Source: Puccinia triticina
Taxonomy: Eukaryota
Length of the DNA: 64,000 bases
NCBI GenBank assembly: GCA_026914245.1
Contig: CP110439.1
Location: forward strand, 3,224,001-3,288,000
Reading direction: 5' to 3'
Numbering within the stretch: position 1 is the first letter of the stretch; each line of letters starts with the position of its first letter. Below, one piece after another: positions 25,642-36,744 of the stretch. The translations under genes were made by a program, and so were the position numbers. The notes under the pieces were generated by a model. That model was given only the letters and a program-made list of their open reading frames with translations. It was not told where the DNA came from and made no database searches.

Positions 25642-25992
25642 TCAAAGCTCACCCGAAGAGGGGGCCTCCAACAAGGTTGATAAAAATTGGTTTGTCTTGA
25701 GTTGTCGACATGAGTTGGACTTGGACACCGAAAAAATAATATATGACCTGCCATTGCAGCGCATGTCAGGGGGACGCTTAAAAATTGTTCTTTTTAGTTT
25801 GCAACTCCTCTGATCACATCCAGGAGTGAGACGACTTGAACTAAAAAACATTTGTATACAAACGAGATGTGTGCCTATAAGAGAATGTGCGCCATAAAAC
25901 CACATAGAAAATGTCACATTGAGAAGGAGAATGTGCATTGATGTCCAGTTCGAAGTACGATGCAAGTACCTCAGATGGGGTAGAAAAAGAGC

Positions 25993-26791
25993 TTAATAGA
26001 ATGGGTTAAGTTTAAAGCCGCACTGCGCGAAGAGTTTCAGATCAAGGCCTTCACCGGTTTTGTGGACCTCTGACTTCAAGTCAGCTTTCCCGGCCTTGAG
26101 GAATGACACCATCGCATTAATGCTGGTCGAAGTGCTTCGAAAAGTGTCTAAGGATGCATTATTGATAATTTCAGTTTGACTAGAAGGATTCATCAGCCTC
26201 CGAGTGGAAACTGATCTACGCACTTGAACAACCTTTCAGCATAGATGGATGAGCCTTTAAGGTTATCAACAGAGGTTGAAACTCGACCAGTATCTTAACG
26301 AAACCCTTGGAGAGTTTGGACTGCTCGTTGTTTCATCCCCAAGCAATTTTTAAGCAACATGGCTCCTCATGAAGACGGGGAGAGGTGGGGTAACTTACCG
26401 GAGATCCCCTGTGTTGATTGTAAGTCTTTGAGCAGCTATTAGCCAGAGCTTGAAAAGATTTTTGGAAACCAGCAAACGTTCCAACAACAGATTTCAAATC
26501 GTTGGCCTTGCAAGCATGCTCCAATGGCTCGTGAGCCTTTCGAATTTCGTCGTGGATATCACTGAACTCAGTCTTCAGCGCCGCAGCACTGTGGTTGACA
26601 AGACGCGGTCTCAATTGGGACGACGAGATAGAATCGCCATTCGAGAGGACGACTTGCGCTAATACTAAAGGCAAGAACGCAATTTTTTCATGTCAAATCA
26701 ACCTTCTGCAACATTTTCGAACTCAAAACTGGCGATTCTGTAAAGACTCACGTGAAACCAGCGATAAAGCGATCAACAGTCGGAGGAACAT
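25993..26791 (-). CDS. Small secreted protein (candidate effector), ~4 exons
   Basis: MFLRLLIALSLVS|..FLPLVLA signal-like start. Helical exons with about 4 Cys (HACKAND, NSCSK, KGCS, AQCGF), canonical introns, ending KLNPFY*. Confidence 0.7.
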
Positions 26792-26999
26792 TGTGAGATC
26801 GAGACTAGTGCAGGTGATGGGACAGGAGTTGGTTACACTTCAACCCTTAGCAAGTACCCAGCGTGGGATATCGATGAGAGGAAACTGGCGAGTGGCCGGA
26901 ATATGAAAAGGAACTGGGGTATAAACTCCCTTCAAGAGAGAGAGGACGGCTTATAGGGGCACCTCGAATAGAAACACAAGGACAAACAACTCCTACAGC

Positions 27000-28602
27000 C
27001 GTAACACCGCGGGGAGAATTCCATACTACGCACCTACCGCAGCTTGGGCCCCTCTAGGGACCCTACTGGTGGTAGTGTGGGGGACTCCTTCCTGCCCGGG
27101 GGCTTGGGGAGGGTGTCCCCTCTTATCTCACTTTGCTTCTTACAGGTTCAGGGAGGCGCGTTGGTTTTCCTTCGCGCTTTCCCTAGGCCGACTTGAGCCC
27201 CTTTGGGGGGGGGGGGGGGTCCAAGCCGGCCGTGTGTGGGTCAGGGGGGCTTTGTATCCCATGTCTCTCGAGCTTCCGGAGACTCCTCAGATTCTATTCT
27301 GGATCCCGGTGGCTCGAGAGGGGTGAAAAACCCCCCGGAGCAAAAGAAAAGGAGCACGCTCTTGGGGGATCGGTGCTAGACCCTCCATGATCTGTGCACG
27401 TCTCCTAGAGTGTGATCTGTCGAGGTGGGTGGGTGGTGTCGAAGAGAAAACGGAGAGAGTGCGTAGAAGATGGGATTGGGATGCTCTGATCGAGGGGAGA
27501 AGTTGTGAGCTGGGGAACGGAAAGGGTGCTGAGAGAGCTCCCTTTTGTGTCCCCCTCGCTGTCCTTTCCACTCGGGGCCCATCCTAGCTTAACGAAGCCT
27601 CTCAAACGGAGGGTCCGGGGGACCCCACCCGGAGGGCTCTCCGTGGGACGGGAGGGGCCGCTTCGCGGCCAGCCTCAGCGAGCCTCCTGTAAAAGCCCCG
27701 GGGAAGGAAGAAAAGGTACCACCCGACTACACGATCGTAGCGGGCATCAACTCTCCCCCGGAGAGGTATAACACCAGGCCATAACACTCCCCCGCAAGCC
27801 AATATCACTAATAACAGAGTTGATATTGGATTGGACACCAAATGGGCTGGTGTGAAACTACATACAAATCTAAGTGTTACTCCCCAACAGACTTGTTAAC
27901 TGTCAACTTTCACGCATACTGGCTACTATACTAATGCTATTTTTAAAGGCTATACTATGATTTATCTTAAAATGGGACTTTTGGCACCCATGAACCGTGT
28001 AACTATTTTAAGGCAACTGCACTCCTAAACCAATAATCAATAATATGCTTGTATGTAAGACTAGGAGTAGCTAACACAGTTATGTCATGTTATGTGAGGG
28101 TTACAAGCTGTGGAGATGTGACATGTGCAAGATGCAGGCAATGGGAATTGAACACGCGGCAGAGGCAACGCTGGGCTCATAACCTGTAAAAGCCCCAGGG
28201 AAGGAAGAAAAGGTACCACCCGACTACACAATTGTAGCGGGCATCAACTCTCCCCCGGGGAGGTATAACACCAGGCCATAACACCTCCCAGGGGGGACTT
28301 GTGTCAAGTGAGGGGCCCATCCTTGGGTCGCCTATCTCGCCACATATCTCAGAGGCGCATCAATGCCTCTGCTGCCGTGTCAACAAAGCTTGGGCGCTAG
28401 TCCCCCCGCCAACTGAGGCTTCTCACTTCCTAGGGGGAAGGCACCTGAGGACACTGTAAACCAAGTCATGTAGCCTAGCTCCCGCGTATGTGTGAGCTGG
28501 GCTAGAGTAGAAGGCTACTCCCCCGCACCTGAACCCAACCACTCAACCACTTGAGCACCGGGCCGGCCTCTGCTCGCAAGTCGGCCTTCTGGCGGACCAA
28601 CA
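27000..28602. repeat. GC-rich non-coding repeat (possible old solo LTR) hosting the TRIM
   Basis: Abrupt GC-rich, G/C-run-rich sequence on both sides of the TRIM. Termini and TSD could not be established. Confidence 0.35.
27688..28283 (-). mobile_element. TRIM (terminal-repeat retrotransposon in miniature), 596 bp, non-autonomous
   Basis: 99-bp TG..CA direct repeats at 27688-27786 and 28185-28283 (4 transitions). 5-bp TSD CCTCC at 27683-27687 and 28284-28288. Minus-strand PBS GGTTATGAGCCC (28184-28173) and PPT GCGGGGGAG next to 27786. No ORF. Confidence 0.93.
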
Positions 28603-29494
28603 TATGCTAGCAACCACAGAACAGCCAAACAAGGCCTGTCTCAACTGCAGAGCAAGAAGGGTATGCACACACCCGCATGCTCATGCCTTATCATGCTAAA
28701 CCTGGCCTTTTAATCCATGTAGACCAATCATGATGCAGTCAAGCCGACATTTTTGTTGTGCAAACACTTGGGCCCCAAGCAGCAGTTGCAGTGCAAGTAC
28801 TACCAACCAGCAGAGTGGCTGGAATCAATTGTTTGTCCTAACCGGACCCAGCAGAACCAGATATTAGAACTCAAGCTGAAGCTGGAATCTCTCAAGCGCA
28901 TGCTAGCCCAGCTCAGCGCCTTGGCTGCCATCAAACATGAGCAGCAATACAACCCATCCCCACATCACTTCACCGGCATTGCCACTCTTTGCAAACCCCA
29001 GAAACTCATTGAGCTGGCAGAGGCTGCCGTACTCCGTTGTCAGTATTATGTATCCGCCCTCATAGTTCTCAACCTCAGGCCAGCCTCTGCTCACGAGTCA
29101 ACCTTCTCCGCTTGAATTGATATTTCAATGTATCATATCCTCACCCAACATCAGCTATATTCTCTGTTAGCCACCCAAAGTATTAGTTGTGAGAAATTGT
29201 TTTGTAGTCATTTTACTTTAGCCTCTTGACAAAACACCTTGTTCATACTCAATCCACGTCTGAGGTGGGGCAGGGACAGAATTTGGCAGCAGGTCAGCCC
29301 ACTAAGTGATGTCTTGAAGAATTTGCAAAAAGAATTCTTCTATCACATGCAACCTCAAGGCACCAGTGTCATATTGAGAGTAGATTGTCTGCTCAATTGC
29401 AGCGTAGCACAATGCCAATCTTAAATGTAGTTTGCAACCTCTCACAGATTATGTGTGTCATCACCTCAAACTCATTTCCATGCAATTTGTATTC

Positions 29495-29530
<36 letters not shown>

Positions 29531-29970
29531 TATTTGAGTTTAACTCTCACAGTACACAATGTTGTGGGTTCAATACCCACTTCACTCAAACCATACTTTT
29601 CACAAGTTCAATATGCCAGTAGATCAACCCATGGCTCAAACCCGCGAGACCACTGTGACCACTATCACAGGCAGAGTTCTTGCCAGCAAGACTAATGACA
29701 TTGTGCTTGTCCTGGTATCCTTTGTAAAAGTGTTGACATACATGGACCAGCAATCCCCCCTCCTCTTTCTCATTGTCTCCAAGGAACATCACACTCACAC
29801 TTGCTTCATTCCCCAGTTCCAGAATGGGTATGTTGTCCGGAATTGGTTCCCTTGTGCGCAAAGACACAGGAAATGGCCTCTGGGTTGTCTTTATTGGCCT
29901 GGGATGTAAGACTATGAACAAGGTCTACGACATGCAGCACATCCTCTACGAACAGCCCTGGGCCAAGAAA

Positions 29971-30742
29971 TGTTGGAATACAGACAACCCTCATAAGAGG
30001 AGTACCCCCGGTGAGTAGTACTTTTGTACACTCACCACAAAAGGCTCATAATGAATAAGCTCAGGTCAATCAGATGACTCCACTCACAAGAAGTCACGCA
30101 CTCTTGTGACAAGCAGTTACACAAGCAACCATCTTGCACAAAACCCCGACGATCATCAATCGTCAAGCTTGTCGTGAGTTTAATCCTCACTTCACAAACT
30201 TAGTTGGTTGGAAAGCTAACCGCTTTTCTTCCCTCTACAGTTCGGAACTCGTTGAAGTTCAACCAAAACCAAACCATCGAAGAAGTCAACTGCTCACTAT
30301 CTTATCGTGAGTAGCGTGACACTTCGATTGAACCAATACAAACAGACTAGAGAACTGACTTTGTTCTCTTTCTAACAAACAGCCCTACGAGTCTTATCAA
30401 CCGTATCAGCTTGTCAATCGCCGAAGAAGATAATCTTTAAGAAACAAAACTAGGAACAATTACTCTCAAGTAATTTTGTTCTTCTTTCTTAATAACATCT
30501 TTAAAAGGCTGTTAAACATAAACTAATTGAATCGATCGATTGATCTTCTCTTTTCCAGAACAGATATAATTTATCTATAAAAGTCTAAAAGACAGCGCAT
30601 TGGATTGATATTCGTGTGCAGATTAAACTACTGCCTTCAGGTAAAATAGCTTTAGATCTAGAACTCGATTATATGCTCTATTGTATTTATTATTATTTTA
30701 CTTACAATAAGAAATATATCTTCAGTTTTATCAAATATTACA
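29971..30742 (+). repeat. 5' LTR of copia element 2
   Basis: Direct repeat of 35522-36318 with a 25-nt deletion near 30061. Confidence 0.97.
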
Positions 30743-30816
30743 GATTTACAGTCTCAAGACTCAATCACAATCTCAAATTAAAACGTGAAGGCAGAGTTAA
30801 TCTACGATTATCGATT

Positions 30817-33800
30817 ATGGAAGTCTTCAATCGCAAAGATGCTATGGACAACAAAGGTCTTAGCAATATCCCTGTTCTAAAAGGCAATAACTACACTCTT
30901 TTGTGAAACAAATTGAAGTTCTTTCTCAACGCTTGAAAACTCTGGGAAGTTTGTGTCAATTTTCAACCACTCCCATTAACCAAAGTAACAAAAATTAAGC
31001 ACGCCTGTGCTCTCTCTCATCTATCCGTAACGATCGATGACAGTATTTTCAATGCTACTTTCGCAAATGAAGATGATGTCACGCCTTATCAAGTTTGGAC
31101 GCTTCTCAAAGACAAATACGCAGCTCAATCCATCTTTTCCTTGTGCCAAGTATGGGAGGATTGGGATAGCATTTACTACAACTCAACTCTTATGCAGTAC
31201 ATCAACAAGGTTCACGAATGCCTTACTGAATTCAAAACACTCGGAATTGACACCTCTCATGTTCTTTTCAGCTGCTGCATAATTAGTCGAGTCAGTCGAG
31301 TAAAGCGGTCAATCATAGAAAACATTCTTAATGATGCAACTATTGCTTCTGATCCTTTTCAACTCTTAGCAAAACTTCGAGATCAAGCAATTTTTGAAGT
31401 AACTGAGCTGAAACGTAATTTGTTAAAAAGAAAGAATGATTCTTCTTCTTCTCCCGAGGCCTTGTTCAACAATCTTGATAAATCTAAAAAATCAAAGAAA
31501 AATCCTAGAAAACGTATCACTTGTAGCGGAGGAAAGCACAATCCTGATAGCTATCATCTTGAAAAGAACTGCCGGACGGTACACAACGATAAACTTCTGG
31601 ATCGCTTCAAAGACAAATCCGCTCCTACTACTACTTTGACCAGCTCCTCAGCGCCAGTACCTTCTACTAGCGGATCTCATGAAGACAATGATAATTGATC
31701 TTCACCATCATTCCATTATTGTAGTATAGCTGTAAATTTGAGCTCAACTATATTGAAACTTCCGGCTGTACTCGATTCTGGTGCAAGTCACCATATGTTT
31801 AACTCTTTGGATTTCTTTCTTGACAAACAACCAGTTCACATGTTCATCATAACAGGTGATGGCAAATCGAGAGAAGAGCTAATTGCGGTTCAGAAAGGAA
31901 CGGCTCTAATCAAATTCGAAGACAACAAAATCTTAACGCTTAAGAATGCGTTATTTGTTCCTAATCTCTCTCGAAATCTCATATCATTCTCCGCGTTGCT
32001 CGACAACAACATTCTCCTACGAAAACGAAAAGACACTTGTGAAGTTTTCTCCAATAATCACGAAAAGCTTTTCAGTCTGAACCTATCAAACAGTCTTTTT
32101 GAGATTCAAGGCAATATTTTACCAGTCAATGAGCCATCCATGGCTCTAATTTCCAATTCAAAAGCTCAATCCGTTTTTTATAAATGGCATAATTGTTTTG
32201 GACACGCCAGCTCTGATTGACTAAAGGCAATTCTTCCTTCCAATGAGAATCTTGACAAACAACACTCTTGCACTCCATGTATGAAGGGTAAATTAACTCG
32301 GAAGAACTTCAAAAGTCACTTTGATCAAACCACAGCCTCACTCGAAGTAGTTCATGGTGATCTTGTTGGGCCAATCAATCCTTCAACAAACGGTGGCGCG
32401 CGATATTTTTTAACTCTTGTCAACCAATTCACCGGTTATATCAATATCACCATTTTGAAAGAAAAAAGCGATACTCCGGAAGCAATCGAAAAATACAAAA
32501 TCTTTTTTGAAAATCAAACCGGACATCGTATGAAGAAGCTAATCACGGATGGCGGCGGTGAATTTTGTAACACAACTCTCTCCGACTTATTACAATCCCA
32601 CGGTATTCAACATAATGTGTCGCCACCATATACGCCTCAACAAAATGGTATTGCGGAATGAGCAAATCGCACCATTTTGAACATGACAAGATGCATGCTA
32701 TTGCAATCTAATTTAGCGCCAGAATGGTGGGCCGAAGCCGTAAAAATTGCATCTGCAATAACCAACTGTCTACCCTCACTATCTAGAAGTCGTACCTCTC
32801 CTCTAGAGCTGTTGTTTAAAAAGAAGCCAAATATCAAATTTTTTCGACCTTTTGGATGCAAGGTCTGGGCTTTGAAACCGGAAGTCAACCATGAGCAAAA
32901 GTTTGATTCTCTTTCCTGGGATGGCATTCTTATTGGCTATACCAATGACTATTCATCTTACAAGGTTCTACGACTCAATAACAAGAAGATCATCACGACA
33001 AAGCACGCATACTTTGACGAGGACGTTTTTCCTTCCAGCGCTGCTTTGCACAAAAGCATGGACAATCTTTCTATGTCAAATGATCTGCCAATTTTTCGTC
33101 AACAAAACTTTCTACCTTTTGCCAAAACAAAACTTCCCATTGAAGTTGAAGAGATCATTTTGCAAGATTCGTATGAACCCGACAACTCTCTCGAAACAGA
33201 CTCAAGTAAATTAATCTCAAGCGAAATAGATCAGGCCAACATAATTAATCACTCAAGACGTGTGGCCAAAGCCATGTTAGCCTCAGACAAGATAATCAGT
33301 ACACCAAAGAATCATGGTCAAGCAATGAAGAGTGAAGAGGTCATGAGGTGGCAAGAAGCTGAAGCCAAGGAGTATGCTAATATGAAACACTTCAATGCCT
33401 GGCTGCAACAACCAAGGAAATCAAGTGACTCTCCAATACCAGCGACGTGGGCATTTTGAAAGAAGTTAGGCTCAAATAACGAAGTAACAGAATTCAAAGC
33501 TCGCATTTGCGCTCAAGGATTTCTTCAAACGTTTGGAATGGACTTCTTTGCTAGATATGCTCCTACAGGACGTCCAGCATTGCTTAGAATTCTTCTTTCA
33601 TTTGCGGTAACACACAACATGAACATTCATCAACTGGATATTTGGAGCGCCTTTCTCACATGCCCGCTAGACGATCAAGTTACCTTACTTCCCCCAGCTG
33701 GATTCGACGGACCGTTGGACACTGTATTTGACTTGAACAAAGGAGTGTATGGTCTACGACAAGCTCCTTTAGTTTGGTATAAGCGGCTTTTGAATTATCT

Positions 33801-35570
33801 GGTCTCTATCGGTTTCAAAATTTCACTCTCAGATCCTTGTGTTTTCTGGCAAGGAGAAAGCCACGGTAAACCCTTGACGTGGATTTATGCTCATGTCGAC
33901 GACTTAGTAATCATCAGCAAAGATCCTTTTGTTTTCAAAGCGGAAATTGAAAAGGAATTCGACATCAAATATTTAGGCGAAGCTGAATTTCTTTTGGGCA
34001 TGAAGATCACTAAAGATCAAGATTTGATTACAATCAATCAAGTTCAATATATTGAAAGAAAGCTAGTTGAATATAAAATTTTGAACGCTTATCCAGCCTC
34101 TTGTCCTCTAAACCCTCGAGTTCAGCTCGATAAAGCCTTGATAGAAGATCAAAATGCTTTCAAAAAACTTGATATCAACTATCGTTCTCTAGTTGGTTCC
34201 CTTAACTATCTCAGTCTCTTAACTCGTCCCGACATTTCTTATGCTGTCAGCGCCTTATCTCAGTTTCTGGAACAACCTGGGATGTCCCATTATGAAGCTG
34301 CCATTCAAGTATGGCGTTATGTATCTGGCACTTGGCATCTAGGTCTTACTTACGCCAAACAACAAGACTCAGCCTTCAAAGCTTATGTCGATGCGGATTG
34401 GGGCAATTGCCCTATAACTCGACGATCAATTACAGGCTATGTCGCTATGGCTGGTGATCATCTGATCGCTTGGAAATCAAGTAAACAAGAGACGGTTTCA
34501 CTTTCATCAGCTGAAGCCGAGTATAAAGCCCTTTCCGACTTGAGTCGTGAGGCAGCTTGGATAGCTACAGTGCCCCCCACGACTTCTCAACTACCCCGCA
34601 CCTGCAAAAAAATTTTGAACTTTGAACAATGTGTTCAAAGTCACCAGACATGTATCACATGTAAACTATACATTTTTGAGCCCTACAGACGTAGGAGAAC
34701 TCAAAAATATAACTTTGAAGTCTGTGCAATGTCTCAAAAAAAAGTTTCATTTTTTTCAGATGCATAATTTGGAACAGCTGGTTTTAAGACCATAGTATGT
34801 GGTTACAGACATGTACTATGGACTTATAGAATATGTATTATGTATTCAGAGACTAAATTATCTATGTACATACATACTACAGGTGTAGGTATTTATGTAA
34901 ATATGTACCTCCTTAGTTATTGATGATTGCCATATCCATCAGTACACTCTTTGGAATGTGGCAATGTTAAGAATATTTCTTCATTGCTCTCTTGGCAGCA
35001 AGTCCAGTGAAATTTCAATGACTTTGGACTATTATCATGTATGTTACCAGGTCTGGTTGGTGAAATGTGACATTTGCATCAAAAAATGGGCCAAAAAGAG
35101 CCCAGCATCAGCCCACTTTTAAAAGAATTTTTGGGAAAAAATCTCCAAAATTTGGAACCCCCCTGTAGGGGTAGTTGAGAAGTCGTGGGGGGCACTGTAA
35201 TCTAGTTGAAGAGATCAACATATCAACCAAACCTATTCAATTCAAAATTGCGGTTGACAACAAGGCTGCTATTGATCTCGCCAATAGTGAGACGTCTCAA
35301 AATAGCTTTCGAACAAAGCACATGGATATCCGTCTTCATTTTGTCCGTGAACTAGTTAAAAAACAATTAATCAAGTTGGCTTATATTCGATCCAATCTCA
35401 ATCCAGCTGACTTTTTTCTAAACCGGTCGGTCAATGTACTATCAGAAGATCGCTCAAGGCAATTGGTGTCTCCCCTGGTTCCAAGTCTGCTTTGAATCTT
35501 ACGACTCAAAGCATGGCGGAATGTTGGAATACAGACAGCCCTCATAAGAGGAGTACCCCCGGTGAGTAGT
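30817..35570 (+). pseudogene. Copia gag-pol of element 2 with several premature stops, a frameshift and a MITE insertion
   Basis: IPVLKGNNY (gag), VLDSGASHH (PR), HGDLVGP/TDGGGEF/QQNGIAE (IN), FKARICAQGF/YAHVDD (RT), YVDADW/VDNKAA (RH). TGA stops at 31696, 32218, 32659 and 33457. Confidence 0.93.
34568..35197. mobile_element. Tc1/mariner-type MITE nested in the copia RNase H region
   Basis: Perfect 30-bp TIRs CAGTGCCCCCCACGACTTCTCAACTACCCC with TA TSD (34566-67, 35198-99). Excision restores AAWIA|NLVEE. Confidence 0.95.
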
Positions 35571-36318
35571 ACTTTTGTACACTCACCACAAAAGGCTCAT
35601 AATGAATAAGCTTATTCATTATGTTCTAAACCTGTAACAGGTCAATCAGATGACTCCACTCACAAGAAGTCACGCACTCTTGTGACAAGCAGTTACGCAA
35701 GCAACCATCTTGCACAAAACCCCGATGATCATCAATCGTCAAGCTTGTCGTGAGTTTAATCCTCGCTTCACAAACTTAGTCGGTTGGAAAGCTAACCGCT
35801 TTCCTTCCCTCTACAGTTCGGAACTCGTTGAAGTTCAACCCAAACCAAACCATCGAAGAAGTCAACTGCTCACTATCTTATCGTGAGTAGCGTGACACTT
35901 CGATTGAACCAATACAAACAGAACAGAGAACTGACTTCGTTCTCTTTCTAACAAACAGCCCTACGAGTCTTATCAACCGTATCAGCTCGTCGGTCGCCGA
36001 CAAAGATAATCTTTAAGAAACAAAACTAGGAACAATTATTCTCAAGTAATTTTGTTCTTCTTTCTTAATAACATCTTTAAAAGGCTGTTAAACATAAACT
36101 AATTGAATCGATCGATTGATCTTCTCTTTTCCAGAACAGATATAATTTATCTATAAAAGTCTAAAAGACAGCGCATTGGATTGATATTCGTGTGCAGATT
36201 AAACTACTGCCTTCAGGTAAAATAGCTTTAGATCTAGAACTTGATTATATGCTCTATTGTATTTATTATTATTTTACTTACAATAAGAAATATATCTTCA
36301 GTTTTATCAAATCTTACA
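35522..36318 (+). repeat. 3' LTR of copia element 2
   Basis: Direct repeat of 29971-30742, followed by TSD AGAAA. Confidence 0.97.
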
Positions 36319-36744
36319 AGAAATACAATACCTTGATTTTTACAGGGAGGCGGACATTATATGTAATGTGAAAGCCATGTGTGCAAAGATTGCAGGAATC
36401 CAAGCAAAGCTTGAGAAGCCCAAACTGGGTTTCACTTTGAATGTATTCTACATCAACCAGAAGCAGTGTGTGTTCCAGTTCCTGCTGTGACTGGAGATGT
36501 GCAAGGAGGCACGATCTAAGGAAGGATTTCATCTGGCCACAGATGATCTCAAGAACAGAGAAGAAATCATTGAAAGGCTGCATGAAACAAGGATCAAGCA
36601 TGTCAGCTTCAAGATATGCATTTAATGAGTGCCGCCGCAGGGACACAGTGAGCACTGAAAGCAAGGAGCGCGGGGTGATCTAGTGCCAGTGCAGTAAAAC
36701 CTGCTCAGGTCAGGGGTTCAATCCCACATGTGAGCATTACATGA

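Larger units (their letters stand above)
29971..36318 (+). mobile_element. Ty1/copia LTR retrotransposon (element 2), full length, decayed
   Basis: LTRs at 29971-30742 (772 bp) and 35522-36318 (797 bp) with TG..CA ends. 5-bp TSD AGAAA at 29966-29970 and 36319-36323. Domain order gag-PR-IN-RT-RH. Confidence 0.97.

Noticed and set aside
34568..34767. C-terminal tail of the 409-aa RT ORF (TVPPTTSQLPRTCKK...)
   Set aside because: Read-through into the Tc1/mariner MITE.
28753..36683. ORF fragments on both sides of copia element 2 (28753-29970, 36324-36683) as an interrupted gene
   Set aside because: Several stops in the rejoined frames and no recognisable motif; possibly a decayed gene or TE but unsupported.
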